Assembly: GCA_963848985.1 (NCBI GenBank)
Contig: CAWKGG010000043.1
Coordinates: forward strand, 12,871-76,870
Reading direction: 5' to 3'
Length of the DNA: 64,000 nucleotides
Origin: an uncultured Methanosarcinaceae archaeon
GTDB lineage: Archaea; Halobacteriota; Methanosarcinia; Methanosarcinales; Methanosarcinaceae
The notes below the pieces were generated by a model, which searched no databases, had not been told where the DNA came from, and saw nothing but the letters and a program-made list of their open reading frames with translations. The translations under genes were made by a program, and so were the position numbers. Below, piece after piece: positions 1-9,551 of the stretch; position 1 is the first letter of the stretch, and every line of letters starts with the position of its first letter.

Positions 1-280
1 CGGCCATCAAGCAGGAGCTGCTGTTGATATAACTTTATGTTCCGACAATGGACAGGAATTCTCCATGGGTACCCAGGTTCAGGAATTCACAACGCTAACG
101 TGCACGGACTGTACCATAATCAAGGATGAAGAGATTGAAAGGCGTAATATTTTGCGTAAGGTTTTAGAATCCAAAGGCGTCATCAATTATCCAAACGAAT
201 GGTGGCATTTCAGCTATGGGGACAAGTTGTGGGCAGAAATCACAAAGCACATTAGTGCTTTTTATGCCCCCATTGATTGA
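1..280 (+). CDS. D-alanyl-D-alanine dipeptidase, VanX/DdpX (peptidase M15D) family; 5'-partial
   Basis: Frame is open from base 2: GHQAGAAVDITL...MGT...NYPNEWWHFSYGD, the H-x6-D and EWWH zinc-ligand motifs of VanX-type enzymes. Confidence 0.85.
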   Translation, partial: GHQAGAAVDITLCSDNGQEFSMGTQVQEFTTLTCTDCTIIKDEEIERRNILRKVLESKGVINYPNEWWHFSYGDKLWAEITKHISAFYAPID

Positions 281-780
281 TATAGATAAGTGCATTCAAA
301 AGCAAGATTCCTTAATTACGATTCTGGTTTCAGAGCTGAAGGTCTTGATTTACTGCAAATTCTATAACTATTTATAAGAATTTTGAGCATCGAACTCATA
401 AGAAACTAAAATAAAGGCATGCTCTAAATTATTTAAATGAATCATATGAAGCAATAAGAGCAAAATACCCTTTTAAGCTATATGTTAAAAAAGACCAACG
501 GAATTTAAAAAATTACACTGTTAGATACTTATTTCAACTTGGGAGAAATTGAAAGAAAGGGAATATCCATCGAAATGACCATAGAAATTATGGACATGCG
601 AAAGAGGAGCTTAGAACTAAATAAATAATTAATGGATATTTTTGGGTTCGCACCCAATGTTCGTCATCACCCACATTTTAATCACGAATTTTTTTACAGT
701 TACCCCACTAACAACCTTTTTGAAGATCTGCCATACTTTCGTTATCTCAGAAACATTTTTTGAAATTCCAGTACCCATTT

Positions 781-957
781 TCACTCCTTCTTCCAAAAAT
801 CAGCTATCGTGACTTCGGCAATACATGGGATATCCTTCAAGAAAAGGCTTCCTGCTTTCTCCATTTCAGTTTTTACGATGGCTGCTACTTCATTCACTTC
901 TTCTGCCTTGCATTCAAAAACTAACTCGTCATGTACACTTCTTACTGCAAGTGTGTC
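781..957 (-). pseudogene. polA: C-terminal fragment of a family A DNA polymerase
   Basis: Manual translation: ...SVHDELVFECKAEEVNEVAAIVKTEMEKAGSLFLKDIPCIAEVTIADFWKKE*. VHDELVFE is PolA motif C. No start codon; in-frame TAA directly upstream. Confidence 0.8.
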
Positions 958-967
958 TTATGTGATT

Positions 968-1270
968 ATATTCCCAATAACTCCCAATTATTCCCGTTAT
1001 ATTCCCATCATATTCCCATTAAAAATAATATAAAAACAATAACAAGGGAATTAAAACCATAAGAAAAAGGGTAATTATGTTCCCAAAATAAAAAAATGAC
1101 ATAGGATTTTTTAAAGTGATATCCAAAATATTAGAATGTCAAAAATATATTTTTTTATTTTCTTTCTTGCGTTTTCGGGTTTTTTGGAACAAAATGTCAA
1201 CTGATTGCGTTTAAATGGGAATAAAATGGGAATATTTGGAAAATAAATGGGAATTTTAGGGAATAAAAGA
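968..1270. repeat. Iteron-like TTCCC(A/G) / (T/A)GGGAA clusters; putative replication origin
   Basis: Five TTCCC-type units about 10-11 bp apart at 971-1020 and five inverted GGGAA-type units at about 1215-1265, around an AT-rich core directly downstream of the rep gene. Confidence 0.65.
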
Positions 1271-1291
1271 ATCAGTTGCCTTTGTACCTGA

Positions 1292-3526
1292 TCAGACATC
1301 CTTCAGAAAGATAAACTCCTTATCAAATAGTGACCAGACATTAAACTTTGATTTATCGATACTGAATTTAAAAGCCCTTCTTCCACTGCTGCTTATCAAG
1401 GTATCTCCTGCCCTTTTGTAGTCTATATCAGTTTCTTCTTCCATTTTTAACTCTTTGATCTTGTCAAGAAGCCCACCTGCTTCCCTATCTTTTCTTCCAA
1501 ATAGAGCACGTTTAACTGATTGATAATTAATGCCTGTGTAACTCGATATATTGTTAATAGTGCATTTGCTGTTGTCTGCTATGCATTGAATTATCAGTCT
1601 CTCATTTTCGTTCATTTTTGTTACTGTGTTTTCTTTTTGAGATTCGAATAATCTTTTGGCTTTTTCAAAGTCTTCAATTTCAGCTAGTAAATATCCACCA
1701 TCGTCGAATGTTCTCTGCTTCCAATTGAAGGCAGCAAAACCCCTGACCATATCAAGGAACATTGGGAATATACGTGAATTACTGGTGTCCTGCAGGTCTA
1801 TCCTGTCCACAAAGGGTATTTTAACATTAAATAAATTCTGTTTAAGTTCCCCATACATTCGTCTACATATAAGTACTTCAGTGTTTATCTCCTGTCCGTT
1901 CCCACCATTTGCAGCTTCATGTTTCTGTGCATCAAATATCCTTTTTTTCTGCTCGGGACTGCTGTCCGCATCAAATGTGAGTTGACGATTTAGCAATTGA
2001 TCAGACACAAAACTTTCAACACTTGTTAAGTACCAATTTATTCTGGGTGGGATTACCAATGATATTTGTTTTTGATCTTTCACCGTTGTATAGGAAGTTT
2101 CTTCTTGAAAGTTAGTTGTAGCCTGTTTTATAACTTCCTCAAATGCAGAGTCAGGGTCCTTGTCATCCGAAAAAATAATGATTCCAGGAGCTAAATTCAT
2201 GTAATAAGCAGCCTTCGCGCTTAATCCAGTTACACGTTTCCATTTTTTAGGAATTAAATGTAAATGTGTTTTTATTCCATGTGACTTCCCTGAGCCCGAA
2301 ATACCATTTACGGAGATTTGCAAACCTGCTGTATTAAGGCAACACTGGCAGGCTATTGATGCACATATTGCTTCTTGTGTATCCCGGTCACCTACATGCT
2401 TTTTTGCGATTGTGTTTAATATATAGGCTATTGGGTCCCCTTCTCTTAATATCCTGCCTGCTTCTTCTTCTGCCTGCTGAACAAGTTCTGGACTTAGGTC
2501 CATTTCATCATAGTCTATGTTTAGGGGATTATCTTTTTGAACGTCCGGCTCAGATTTATTCTGGTTACCTACCTGTTTTTTCTGCCATCTGAAGGTGCAG
2601 TCATCACATTTTGAGTTAAGGGCATTGTCGAGTGTGATGCTTCCTAATTCTCTCTGGATAGTTTCACATTTCCAAGGATTTTTTATCTTGCATCCGTCTG
2701 TACTCAGTTCATGATCACTTTGTGACCGGTTGTAATCATCTCTAAAAAGGTATTTGCAGGCAAGGTGCAAAACTTCAGGGTCTGCACCATTCGCTTTCAT
2801 ATCTGCCATAAGAGCCAGGGTTAGCTGTCTACCTGTGCTGGTATGCAATTCTGTGATATTTGGACTTTCTTGATGGGCCTTGAATTTTTCACATAGACAG
2901 GGCTTGCACTTTGGCAAGATCACTTTTAACTTGTTATTGGTTCCAAATAGGGCCTTAAGCCTTTTTATGAGTTCTTCAGACATTTTTGGTATATCTTCAA
3001 GTGTCCTGATTTCTCGGTTAAATGAGTAAGTTTGCCCGCCTTTATGCCTGCTTGGTGGTAGAACCGCATTGTTACCATCTGTTAAAATTTCTATGCCTAA
3101 ATCGTGATGCTTTTGAGCTTTCAGAAAGTCTGTGTATTTAAAGTAGATATGTCCCCGGTCCTCTGTTCTTCTTGAAATAAGCCAATTATCTATGGATAAC
3201 CCTGCTGTTAGTTCGTTCCATATTGCACGGTTCCAGTCGTCCACATCGATTAGGGTAATACCTGATCTTTTTCCACATTGCAAGCCAATGTTTGCACTAT
3301 CAAAGTAAGAGCTTCCACCAGATCCCCAATATTTTTCTATTTCTTCTTCCGTTAAGATACTCTTCCTTTTCTGCCAGTCTTTTACCAAAACTCCTTTACC
3401 TGGGCTCTGTTCTTTCCCTGTTTTAGGATTTATCTCAGGTGCATTGGGATTTAGCAAAGGATGCACTATGAATCCTAATCTCGTGTAATTAAATGCAGCT
3501 TTAAGAATTGCAGTTTCAGAACTCAT
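1292..3526 (-). CDS. Bifunctional primase-polymerase (PrimPol) fused to a P-loop NTPase/helicase and C-terminal wHTH; element replicase
   Basis: N-terminal GFIVHPL, ANIGLQCG..ITLIDVD, RGHIYF, NAVLPPS motifs; Cys cluster; Walker A GISGSGKS; C-terminal HTH-like segment. Confidence 0.85.
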   Translation of the reverse strand: MSSETAILKAAFNYTRLGFIVHPLLNPNAPEINPKTGKEQSPGKGVLVKDWQKRKSILTEEEIEKYWGSGGSSYFDSANIGLQCGKRSGITLIDVDDWNRAIWNELTAGLSIDNWLISRRTEDRGHIYFKYTDFLKAQKHHDLGIEILTDGNNAVLPPSRHKGGQTYSFNREIRTLEDIPKMSEELIKRLKALFGTNNKLKVILPKCKPCLCEKFKAHQESPNITELHTSTGRQLTLALMADMKANGADPEVLHLACKYLFRDDYNRSQSDHELSTDGCKIKNPWKCETIQRELGSITLDNALNSKCDDCTFRWQKKQVGNQNKSEPDVQKDNPLNIDYDEMDLSPELVQQAEEEAGRILREGDPIAYILNTIAKKHVGDRDTQEAICASIACQCCLNTAGLQISVNGISGSGKSHGIKTHLHLIPKKWKRVTGLSAKAAYYMNLAPGIIIFSDDKDPDSAFEEVIKQATTNFQEETSYTTVKDQKQISLVIPPRINWYLTSVESFVSDQLLNRQLTFDADSSPEQKKRIFDAQKHEAANGGNGQEINTEVLICRRMYGELKQNLFNVKIPFVDRIDLQDTSNSRIFPMFLDMVRGFAAFNWKQRTFDDGGYLLAEIEDFEKAKRLFESQKENTVTKMNENERLIIQCIADNSKCTINNISSYTGINYQSVKRALFGRKDREAGGLLDKIKELKMEEETDIDYKRAGDTLISSSGRRAFKFSIDKSKFNVWSLFDKEFIFLKDV

Positions 3527-3669
3527 CTTTTCAGCCTTCCTTCAAGCTGCAGATCCATAACCGATGAAATAGAAAAGGACTGATCAAGCGCTCGTTTTAA
3601 ATTTATTAGATATCTAGGTCTTTGTCTCCTGCGCTCAGAACAAACCGTATCAAGAGAATCAAAATTCAT
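3523..3669 (-). CDS. Small (48 aa) element protein, translationally coupled to rep
   Basis: MNFDSLDTVCSERRRQRPRYLINLKRALDQ...; GGGGAG just upstream; stop overlaps the rep ATG (ATGA). Confidence 0.45.
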   Translation of the reverse strand: MNFDSLDTVCSERRRQRPRYLINLKRALDQSFSISSVMDLQLEGRLKR

Positions 3670-3684
3670 TCCATACTCCCCTGT

Positions 3685-4102
3685 TCAGTGCTCTTCCTGA
3701 CGTTTCTCAGGCTCCTTGTGGAATTCACGAAGATAATTGGTCGTAGGTTCCTGCCTTCCACAAAAAGTAATTCCAGACTGGAGTAGCTTGGCATCAAAAC
3801 CCCTTTCCGAATCGATAAGTTCTTGCAATATCGTCTCTTGAGCAATCATCAGGCTCTTCTGGAATCCACCATGGGTTATAAGGATCGGTACGTCTAGAAC
3901 AATTCTGTCTATGCCAAGAATAAAACGGATTATTAATCTGACAAGGCACGTTGTCTTTGTATCCATCGGTGGATGTTGCAAGAGAATAGTGAGTAATTCG
4001 AGATCTAGTGCTGTCAAAAACGTGATAAAAATCACTAATATTACTTTGCCTATAAATAGGATACTTCATGGAGTTCAGCCTCTCTTGATTCAAAGAGAAC
4101 AA
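3685..4102 (-). CDS. Hypothetical element protein(s); two overlapping frames, possibly one frameshifted gene
   Basis: ORFs 3794-4102 and 3685-4035 co-oriented with rep; no recognisable family. Confidence 0.3.
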
Positions 4103-4260
4103 CAGAACCCTTAGGCATTAGAACCGTCATCCAGATAAGATATTATATAAACTATGAATGTATAATTCATAGTAGTCCAGTCATTGGAGACAACGACACT
4201 ATTGCCAAGGACAGGTCTCAAGCTGTCCTGGGCTCTAATCTCTCGACTTTTGTTACCTTT

Positions 4261-4665
4261 TTATTCATATCCTTTAGGTTGTTCACCAGAGATTTTCAAT
4301 GCGTTATCTTCCAACACTTCGATCTTCACTGAATCTCCTTCTTGGAAGATGTTCTTCACGGTTATGCCTTCGAGTAACACTTTCAGAATGTTTAAGGATA
4401 CATATTCCTCTGGGCTTTTGGTAATTAGGTCTGACAATGTAACTATTTTTAGTATTTGAGCACTGAGTGCTGCATACATTTTGGGCTCCCGACGAACGTT
4501 CACTTGGCATAAATGACTTTCTAACATTTGGGATGACGACAGAAGTAATTCGTCTATGTGACGAAAACTATCATTTGTTATTTCGAGCATGTATTCATCT
4601 GATAACGAATTAAGATTTTCTCTACATTGAATAGCTAAATCTTTTTTGTAGTTCATTGTTATCAC
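4261..4665 (-). CDS. Hypothetical protein with AbrB-like C-terminus
   Basis: C-terminal GDSVKIEVLEDNALKIS resembles SDPVRIELLEDGNLKIC of 5000-5209. Confidence 0.55.
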   Translation of the reverse strand: MITMNYKKDLAIQCRENLNSLSDEYMLEITNDSFRHIDELLLSSSQMLESHLCQVNVRREPKMYAALSAQILKIVTLSDLITKSPEEYVSLNILKVLLEGITVKNIFQEGDSVKIEVLEDNALKISGEQPKGYE

Positions 4666-4821
4666 CTTATAACTATCTGAATGTCAGAATAAAAGTATCA
4701 ATACCCATGATCTTTGTTTTTGGATTTCATCCTGCAGGGATTTAAACGTTAACCAGAGGTCATGTAATATGGCTTTTTGCCTTATTCGGCATCTTTTAAT
4801 CGTTCAAACGGTCTTTTTTAA

Positions 4822-5034
4822 TCATTTTTCTTCGCCTCCTGCGATTTGAATAATTCTTTTTGCTATAACTCGATCCAGCGGTGAAGTGCTTTTGCGCATG
4901 TGCTCCAATATTTCGGGATGTCGAGCACTCACTTGTCTAGTCCATTCCAAAAATAATAACTTACGTTGGATCATATTTTCCATAGCCGGTGCATATCCTT
5001 CAAACGATAGTTGCTGTCGGTGTTTCGGTGCCAT
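4822..5034 (-). CDS. Small hypothetical element protein
   Basis: In the operon-like chain; ends in GGAGGCGAAGAAAAATGA, an RBS plus overlapping start for the next small ORF. Confidence 0.5.
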   Translation of the reverse strand: MAPKHRQQLSFEGYAPAMENMIQRKLLFLEWTRQVSARHPEILEHMRKSTSPLDRVIAKRIIQIAGGEEK

Positions 5035-5209
5035 TATAGCCTTGGTCCGACTTCGGGACCGGACAAATCTTTAAATTTCCGTCTTCTAGCAGTTCAATTC
5101 TCACAGGATCACTTTTTTTCATTTCGTTGCTTGTGATCCAGTCATTAGGTAGAGGGACAAAAAACGAGCCTCTAACCTGCTGAATTTTTTTGTTTTTGAA
5201 TCTTAGCAT
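5000..5209 (-). CDS. AbrB/MazE/SpoVT-like DNA-binding protein
   Basis: KKIQQVRGSFFVPLPNDWITSNEMKKSDPVRIELLEDGNLKI, a swapped-hairpin pattern. Confidence 0.75.
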   Translation of the reverse strand: MLRFKNKKIQQVRGSFFVPLPNDWITSNEMKKSDPVRIELLEDGNLKICPVPKSDQGYNGTETPTATIV

Positions 5210-5367
5210 TTTACATCGCCACTTCTTACATATGAAATTACATATATAAATAAATGTAAATGATATTATTCCGCTTTAATATCGCCTAGATATTGAAATT
5301 AAAGTATATCCACATGGTTTATAGTCTAAATAACAAAATTTTAATATCTATGTGATATCAATTGAGT
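5210..5367. promoter_or_regulatory. Divergent promoter region with candidate operators
   Basis: 14-bp inverted repeat TAGATATTGAAATT (5287-5300) / AATTTTAATATCTA (5337-5350); TTACAT repeats flanking a TATA-like TATATAAATA. Confidence 0.5.
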
Positions 5368-6548
5368 GTGGATGAAGGCAAAAAATGTAAGAGACGTCGC
5401 GGAGAACATTTACAGAAAGATGAAGTAAAAGTCGAAATTGTCGAGTTTCTTCTGAGTTTAAAGAATATTGTAGTACCAGGGCCAGAAATAATAAAACATT
5501 TATTAAAAAATATGGCATAACAGATGAGAATAACGTTAGATTTCACTTGAAGGATTTAGAAAAAAAATATTGTATAGAAAAAATTCCACGAGAGTCGGGG
5601 TTATATAATAAATGGAAAATCGGAAAATTAAAAAATTTGCAGAATATCCGAGAACACTATCCTGGCATACGATTGAATAAATATGGGAAATCCTTACATA
5701 TAATCCTTAAGGAGTTATATTCTAACACAGATTCGATAGGTGCAAAAAAGTCTTTTGTTCAGCTAGTTCTGTCGGCTTCTTTTTTTGATAAATGTTTGGA
5801 AATTGACTTTGAAACCTTATACGCTAGAGCTTCCGAAATTTACTCACCTCTCGAAGATCTCAATAAAAAGTTAGAAAGCGAAAATATGATTCATGAAGTT
5901 CACATCAAATGCATGAATGGCATTTCAAAAATTTCTGATATTTGGCTGGTTGGTGATAATGAGCCTAGAAACGGTTATTTGAATTTAGATGTTTATCAAA
6001 ATTTCCCAAAATGCTTGTCTGGCGATGAAATTTCAGAAGAAACCTTCGAAAAAATATTGAAAGAGATAAAGTACCAACCGGAAGAAAAAGATCGCATTAA
6101 ACAGACTAAAAGGATTATAAAAGAATTGGCCTTGAAAATGTCTTGTGAAATACTCTCCAATATGTTAAAAAAAATTCCTGAAGAGTCCTTGGAAACACTC
6201 GGAATAACATCAAATGAAATATCTAAGAAAATATTGAACAAAATGTCTGCTAAGATATTCATAAAAATTATGGAAGGTCTCCCCGAGATACTGCCTGATA
6301 AAATATATGATATAATATATAACCAATATCTAAGAAAGGTATTATTGTTCGATAGAATTTTCGAACACTGCTATGAAAGAGATGTAATAGACGGTAAAGC
6401 TTACCTTGCGGAAAAAGAGTTCTTCAATACTATGACGAAATTTACGTACCTTTATATGGAAGACCAAGAAACTGCATTTGATGGTTTAATGAATCTTTAT
6501 AATGATTATTACGAACAAATCCCGAAGAAAAGCAGGAATTCCATCTAA
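5368..6548 (+). CDS. Winged-helix repressor-like protein, frameshifted in an A-run near 5505
   Basis: Upstream frame MDEGKKCKRRRGEHLQKDEVKVEIVEFLL..IIKHLL continues after a shift as KKYGITDENNVRFHLKDLEKK into ORF 5547-6548. Confidence 0.6.
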
Positions 6549-6581
6549 ATTTTGATCCCATAAAAATTGTGTCTTAAAAAG

Positions 6582-7718
6582 TCATTTCCCTACTTTGTGC
6601 ATCATTTCCTTTAGCTTTGAGATTTCTTCAAGCTCTTGTTTCAATGTATTTTTCATTTTTCTAATTTCATCCAGATCTGCAAGCTGCACGTAATCTGTTT
6701 TTATTGATTCTACAGTTGTTGAAGCTTCCTGAGTAAGTGGTAATCCACACTTAAAACAAAATAAAGCATTTTCTGGATTTATTTCTTTACAACGTGGACA
6801 TTTGTTAATAGTGAATTTTTTGGTAGCTTCTTCAGTTTCGATTCCATGTAATTTAAGTATAGCATTATCCACATCTCGGCCTGACATGTGCACATATACA
6901 CTCGCCATAGTACTTGATTTAGTCCAGCCTAAGTATTCTTTTAAAAGTTGTTCAGGTAATTGTTCGGCTAAGTGGGTTGCTCTGGCATGTCTAAAAGCAT
7001 GTGGATAAACTCTTTTTGGCTGAATACCTGCTCTAATTGCTATTCTATGTAGTTGATCTGAAAGTCCTACAAATGTGATGACTCCAAAAGGAGAATTCGT
7101 TGAACAGAATAGGTACGCATCAGGATCATTCTTTAATGGATGCGTGTCAATCCACTGTTTGAGATAAGATGAAGCTAATACAAGCCTCACGCGGCGACTT
7201 CCTGTTTTCCCTTTTTGGATATTAAGGATTGCTCCATTCTCGTCAAAAGTCACATGTTTAAGTTGAACTGTTAGTAATTCTCCTCTTCGAGCTCCGCTTT
7301 CATAAAAGGTAGCAATTATAGCCCGATCTCTGGTACTTCTACATGAATTAATTAGTTTCTCAATTTCTTCGCGAGTCAAAATATCTTCGGGAATTTTCCC
7401 ATCTTTTAACGTTCGCAACTTTATTACGGCCCCAAGATCATGATTTACAAAGGTCAAGAATTTTTTTAAAATCGTTCGGATTTTTTGTACTGTACCAGGT
7501 GAATATTTAACGGTCTTACCAGCTTTCATATATGTATATGCATTTATAAAATCTAGATAATCGTAAATATCATCTGGAGTAAACTCCTTTAAATCTCTGT
7601 CTTCGCACCATTCTATGAACTGCATAAGCGTGTTTTCGGCAGTTGTGATTGTTACTTCCTTCAGTCCATCTGCTTGGCACTTCCTTAAATAATATTTTAA
7701 GATATTTGAATTACTCAT
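6582..7718 (-). CDS. Tyrosine recombinase/integrase with C-terminal zinc ribbon
   Basis: ESGARRGE (R), KGKTG (K), HAFRHARAT (HxxR), LGW, YVH (Y); CPRC..CFKC. Confidence 0.95.
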   Translation of the reverse strand: MSNSNILKYYLRKCQADGLKEVTITTAENTLMQFIEWCEDRDLKEFTPDDIYDYLDFINAYTYMKAGKTVKYSPGTVQKIRTILKKFLTFVNHDLGAVIKLRTLKDGKIPEDILTREEIEKLINSCRSTRDRAIIATFYESGARRGELLTVQLKHVTFDENGAILNIQKGKTGSRRVRLVLASSYLKQWIDTHPLKNDPDAYLFCSTNSPFGVITFVGLSDQLHRIAIRAGIQPKRVYPHAFRHARATHLAEQLPEQLLKEYLGWTKSSTMASVYVHMSGRDVDNAILKLHGIETEEATKKFTINKCPRCKEINPENALFCFKCGLPLTQEASTTVESIKTDYVQLADLDEIRKMKNTLKQELEEISKLKEMMHKVGK

Positions 7719-8561
7719 ACCAACTTAATAGAATTTATCCTAGATAAACAATATAGATTTTTATGTTAGTTTACGATAAACTGTTAAGCTATAGACTGAT
7801 AAATCTTCTATACATCTAGTGGACCCAAATAATTTTTTAATCAATAATAATCGTTGAGTATTATTTGTTTTTTTAGTATGAACTGATGGGTGCCTTAGTA
7901 ATATCATGCATATTAAAAAGTACCAAGATCATAATTAAACAGATGTACTTACCTTAAACATAGTAAAGTTGAATTATATTTTATAGATATTATTTATTTA
8001 TCGATTTATTTTTTTATTAAATCTAATATCTACTAAAAGCAACTGAATTTTGATTTTTGCTTATAGATGATGGAGAAGGGAACTGTAGGTCAGCTTCTAT
8101 TATTTTGATTTTTTTATCCCCCTAATTATCTAAACGAAGTATCCAAATTATTTTCCGTACTTGGTAAGTTTACAGCAGATATTTCTCACAATGGAAACTT
8201 AATCATGAAAATATCAAAGATTTAATTCTATACTACCCAATTTTAAGGAAAGAAATTCTTAAAAAAAGCAAATTTACGAAATTATTGGGATGTATTTTAC
8301 AAAACAGAATAAAATCAGTCAAATACACTGTACCTAAAAATATTCCAAAACAAAGAACCATTCAGAAATCAGTTTAGAAGTTATATTTCCTATTTATATA
8401 TACATTCGGAGATGCAACTACTTGTGTAAAACTATCAAGATATTTATTCAAACTTACTAGTTTCAACAAGTAAACTGTTAATTCATAGCTGCTCAAAATT
8501 GGGGGTCTAGTATGAGTGGCTGATGTAGATACTATTTGGTAAAGGGGGGCTTGATTTACCA

Positions 8562-9551
8562 ATGACCACAAATGTCATAGAAGTAAATAATCTTGAACAT
8601 AAATATAATGACTTAAAAGCAGTAGATGATATAAGTTTCACAGTGAAAAAAGGAGAGATATTCTCATTTTTGGGCCCAAATGGAGCGGGTAAAAGTACAG
8701 TAATAAATATTCTAACCACACTTCGAAAAATTCAGAAGGGTGAGGCTAAGGTCAATGGGTATAATGTGGCAAAAGAATCCAAAGAAGTGAGAAGATCAAT
8801 AGGAATTGTTTTTCAGATGATGTGCATTGATTTTGAAATGACTGTGTTTGAGAACTTAGAATATCATGGCAAGATATACTCAATGCCAAAAAATGAAAGA
8901 AGAAATAGGATAAATGAACTTATTAAACTTACTGAACTGGAAGCTAAGAGGAACACCTTAGCTAAAGACCTAAGCGGGGGTATGAAGCGAAGGCTTGAAC
9001 TTGCAAGGGGATTAATGACAAAACCTGCTGTTCTCTTCCTTGACGAACCAACGGTAGGTTTTGACATTCAGACTAGAATGAGAATCTGGGAGTATTTGAG
9101 AAAGATTAAAAGAGAAGGTACTACCATTTTCTTGACTACTCATTACATGGAAGAAGCAGATCAGCTAAGCGATAGGATCAGCATAATAGATCACGGAAAA
9201 ATAATCGCGACAGGGAGTGTTTTGGATTTAAAAAATCAGCTTGGTGAAGATCTTATATATTTAGAAACCAGTGATAATACAGCTGCTGCAGGTGTTTTAA
9301 AGACACTTGAATCGGTAAAAGGGGTAAATGAAGATACAAAATTCCTAAGAGTGATGCTTGAGGGAGATGTCACGCATATTTTACCGAAAATTATGGATAA
9401 GGTTAGACAAAATGGAATAGAGATCACAACAGTAAACATCAAAAAGCCCTCAATGGATGATGTTTTTATACACTACACTGGTCATGGTTTAAGGGGAGAA
9501 GAACTAGAGGAGAAGCATGAAGAGATAAAAATTGCGGAGTTTTTGAAATGA
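8562..9551 (+). CDS. ABC exporter ATP-binding subunit (DrrA-like)
   Basis: GPNGAGKS, LSGGMKRR, LDEPT, TTHYMEEA. Confidence 0.95.
   Translation: MTTNVIEVNNLEHKYNDLKAVDDISFTVKKGEIFSFLGPNGAGKSTVINILTTLRKIQKGEAKVNGYNVAKESKEVRRSIGIVFQMMCIDFEMTVFENLEYHGKIYSMPKNERRNRINELIKLTELEAKRNTLAKDLSGGMKRRLELARGLMTKPAVLFLDEPTVGFDIQTRMRIWEYLRKIKREGTTIFLTTHYMEEADQLSDRISIIDHGKIIATGSVLDLKNQLGEDLIYLETSDNTAAAGVLKTLESVKGVNEDTKFLRVMLEGDVTHILPKIMDKVRQNGIEITTVNIKKPSMDDVFIHYTGHGLRGEELEEKHEEIKIAEFLK

Larger units (their letters stand above)
720..7760. mobile_element. Integrated, partly decayed replicative element (integrase, divergent regulators, PrimPol-NTPase, ori, PolA fragment)
   Basis: Gene content and order; boundaries approximate because no att duplication was found. 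Confidence 0.8.

Noticed and set aside
968-1270. CRISPR-like array in the TTCCC repeats or the 90-bp tandem units at 61.6 kb
   Set aside because: No constant repeat with unique spacers and no cas genes
7815-7830. GTGGACCC near the integrase as a tRNA-derived att site
   Set aside because: Only about 8 bp, with no second copy or tRNA seen in the window
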